Below are positions 63,500 to 64,000 of a DNA stretch of 64,000 nucleotides, piece after piece. The notes under the pieces are model-generated. The model was not told the origin of the DNA and searched no databases. It saw only the letters and a list, made by a program, of their open reading frames with translations. A program made the translations under genes and the position numbers. The DNA lies in the NCBI RefSeq assembly GCF_018977255.1, contig NW_024704742.1, positions 124,064,001 through 124,128,000 of the forward strand. Direction: 5' to 3'. Each line of letters starts with the position of its first letter. Position 1 is the first letter of the stretch. Source of the stretch: Callorhinchus milii (Eukaryota).

Positions 63500-64000
63500 T
63501 GTCCCTGCAAAGGGATACAGATAGCCTAGGTGAGTGGGCAAGAAGGTGGCAGACGGAGTATAACATGGGGAAGTGTGAAGTTATTCACCTAGGTAGTAAA
63601 AAACAGAAAAGCAGATTATATTCTAGATGGGGAGAGACTAGGTGTTAGTGTTCAGAGGGATTTGGGTGTCCTTGTACATCAGTCACAAAAAGTTAGTATG
63701 CAGGTACAGCAAGTAACCAGGAAGGCGAATTGCATGTTGGCGTTCGTTGCAAAAGGGTTAGAATACAAGAGTAGGGAAGTCTTGCTGTAACTGTATAGGG
63801 CCTTGGTGAGACCCCACCTGGAGTATTGTGTGCAGTTCTGATCTCCTTATTTAGGAAAGGACATACTCACCTTAGAGGGGGTGCAGCGTAGATTCACTAG
63901 GTTAGTCCCTGGGATGAGGAGGTTGACCTTTGAGGATAGGTTGAGTAAATTAGGCTTATATTCTCTAGAATATAGAAGAATTAGGGGTGATCTTATAGAA
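63500..64000 (+). mobile_element. CR1 LINE 3' portion, continuing beyond the window
   Basis: LQRDTDSLGEWARRWQTEYNMGKCEVIHLG...ALVRPHLEYCVQF.SPYLGKDI, with stops. Confidence 0.9.

Noticed and set aside
43247..64000. Second protein-coding gene downstream
   Set aside because: All longer ORFs map to repeats or look random. Small exons cannot be excluded by eye.
1..64000. CRISPR-like array or retron-like RT-plus-hairpin system
   Set aside because: The recurrent hairpins are dispersed LINE/SINE 3' tails, not regularly spaced repeats. The RT fragments are ordinary eukaryotic non-LTR elements.

Overview
Repeat-rich vertebrate genomic DNA. The repeat landscape (L2 and CR1 LINEs, tRNA/Deu-domain SINEs with L2-type tails, Penelope-like relics) suggests a cartilaginous fish; this is inference. 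Bases 1-43246 hold the 3' part of a + strand chondroitin sulfate proteoglycan 4 (CSPG4/NG2)-family gene, probably the CSPG4B-type paralog. It has eight coding exons (<1-1663, 11082-11555, 12244-12420, 14255-14453, 19381-19512, 29852-30021, 33895-34078, 41205-43246) with canonical GT-AG introns and matching phases. Together they give 1679 aa of CSPG repeats, a TM helix and a C-terminal QYWV PDZ motif. The introns and the downstream ~20 kb are filled with truncated L2/CR1 LINEs, several SINE families, many tail-only retroinsertions, Tc1/mariner- and hAT-type MITEs, palindromic elements and a 28S rRNA fragment. I found no second protein-coding gene and no multi-gene novel system. The most interesting signals are the SINE/L2 tail co-evolution, a defective L2 source element, fold-back palindromes at retroelement 5' junctions, and protein-level departures from canonical CSPG4. 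Repeat boundaries were read by eye and are approximate. Family names come from recalled consensus sequences, not from a search.
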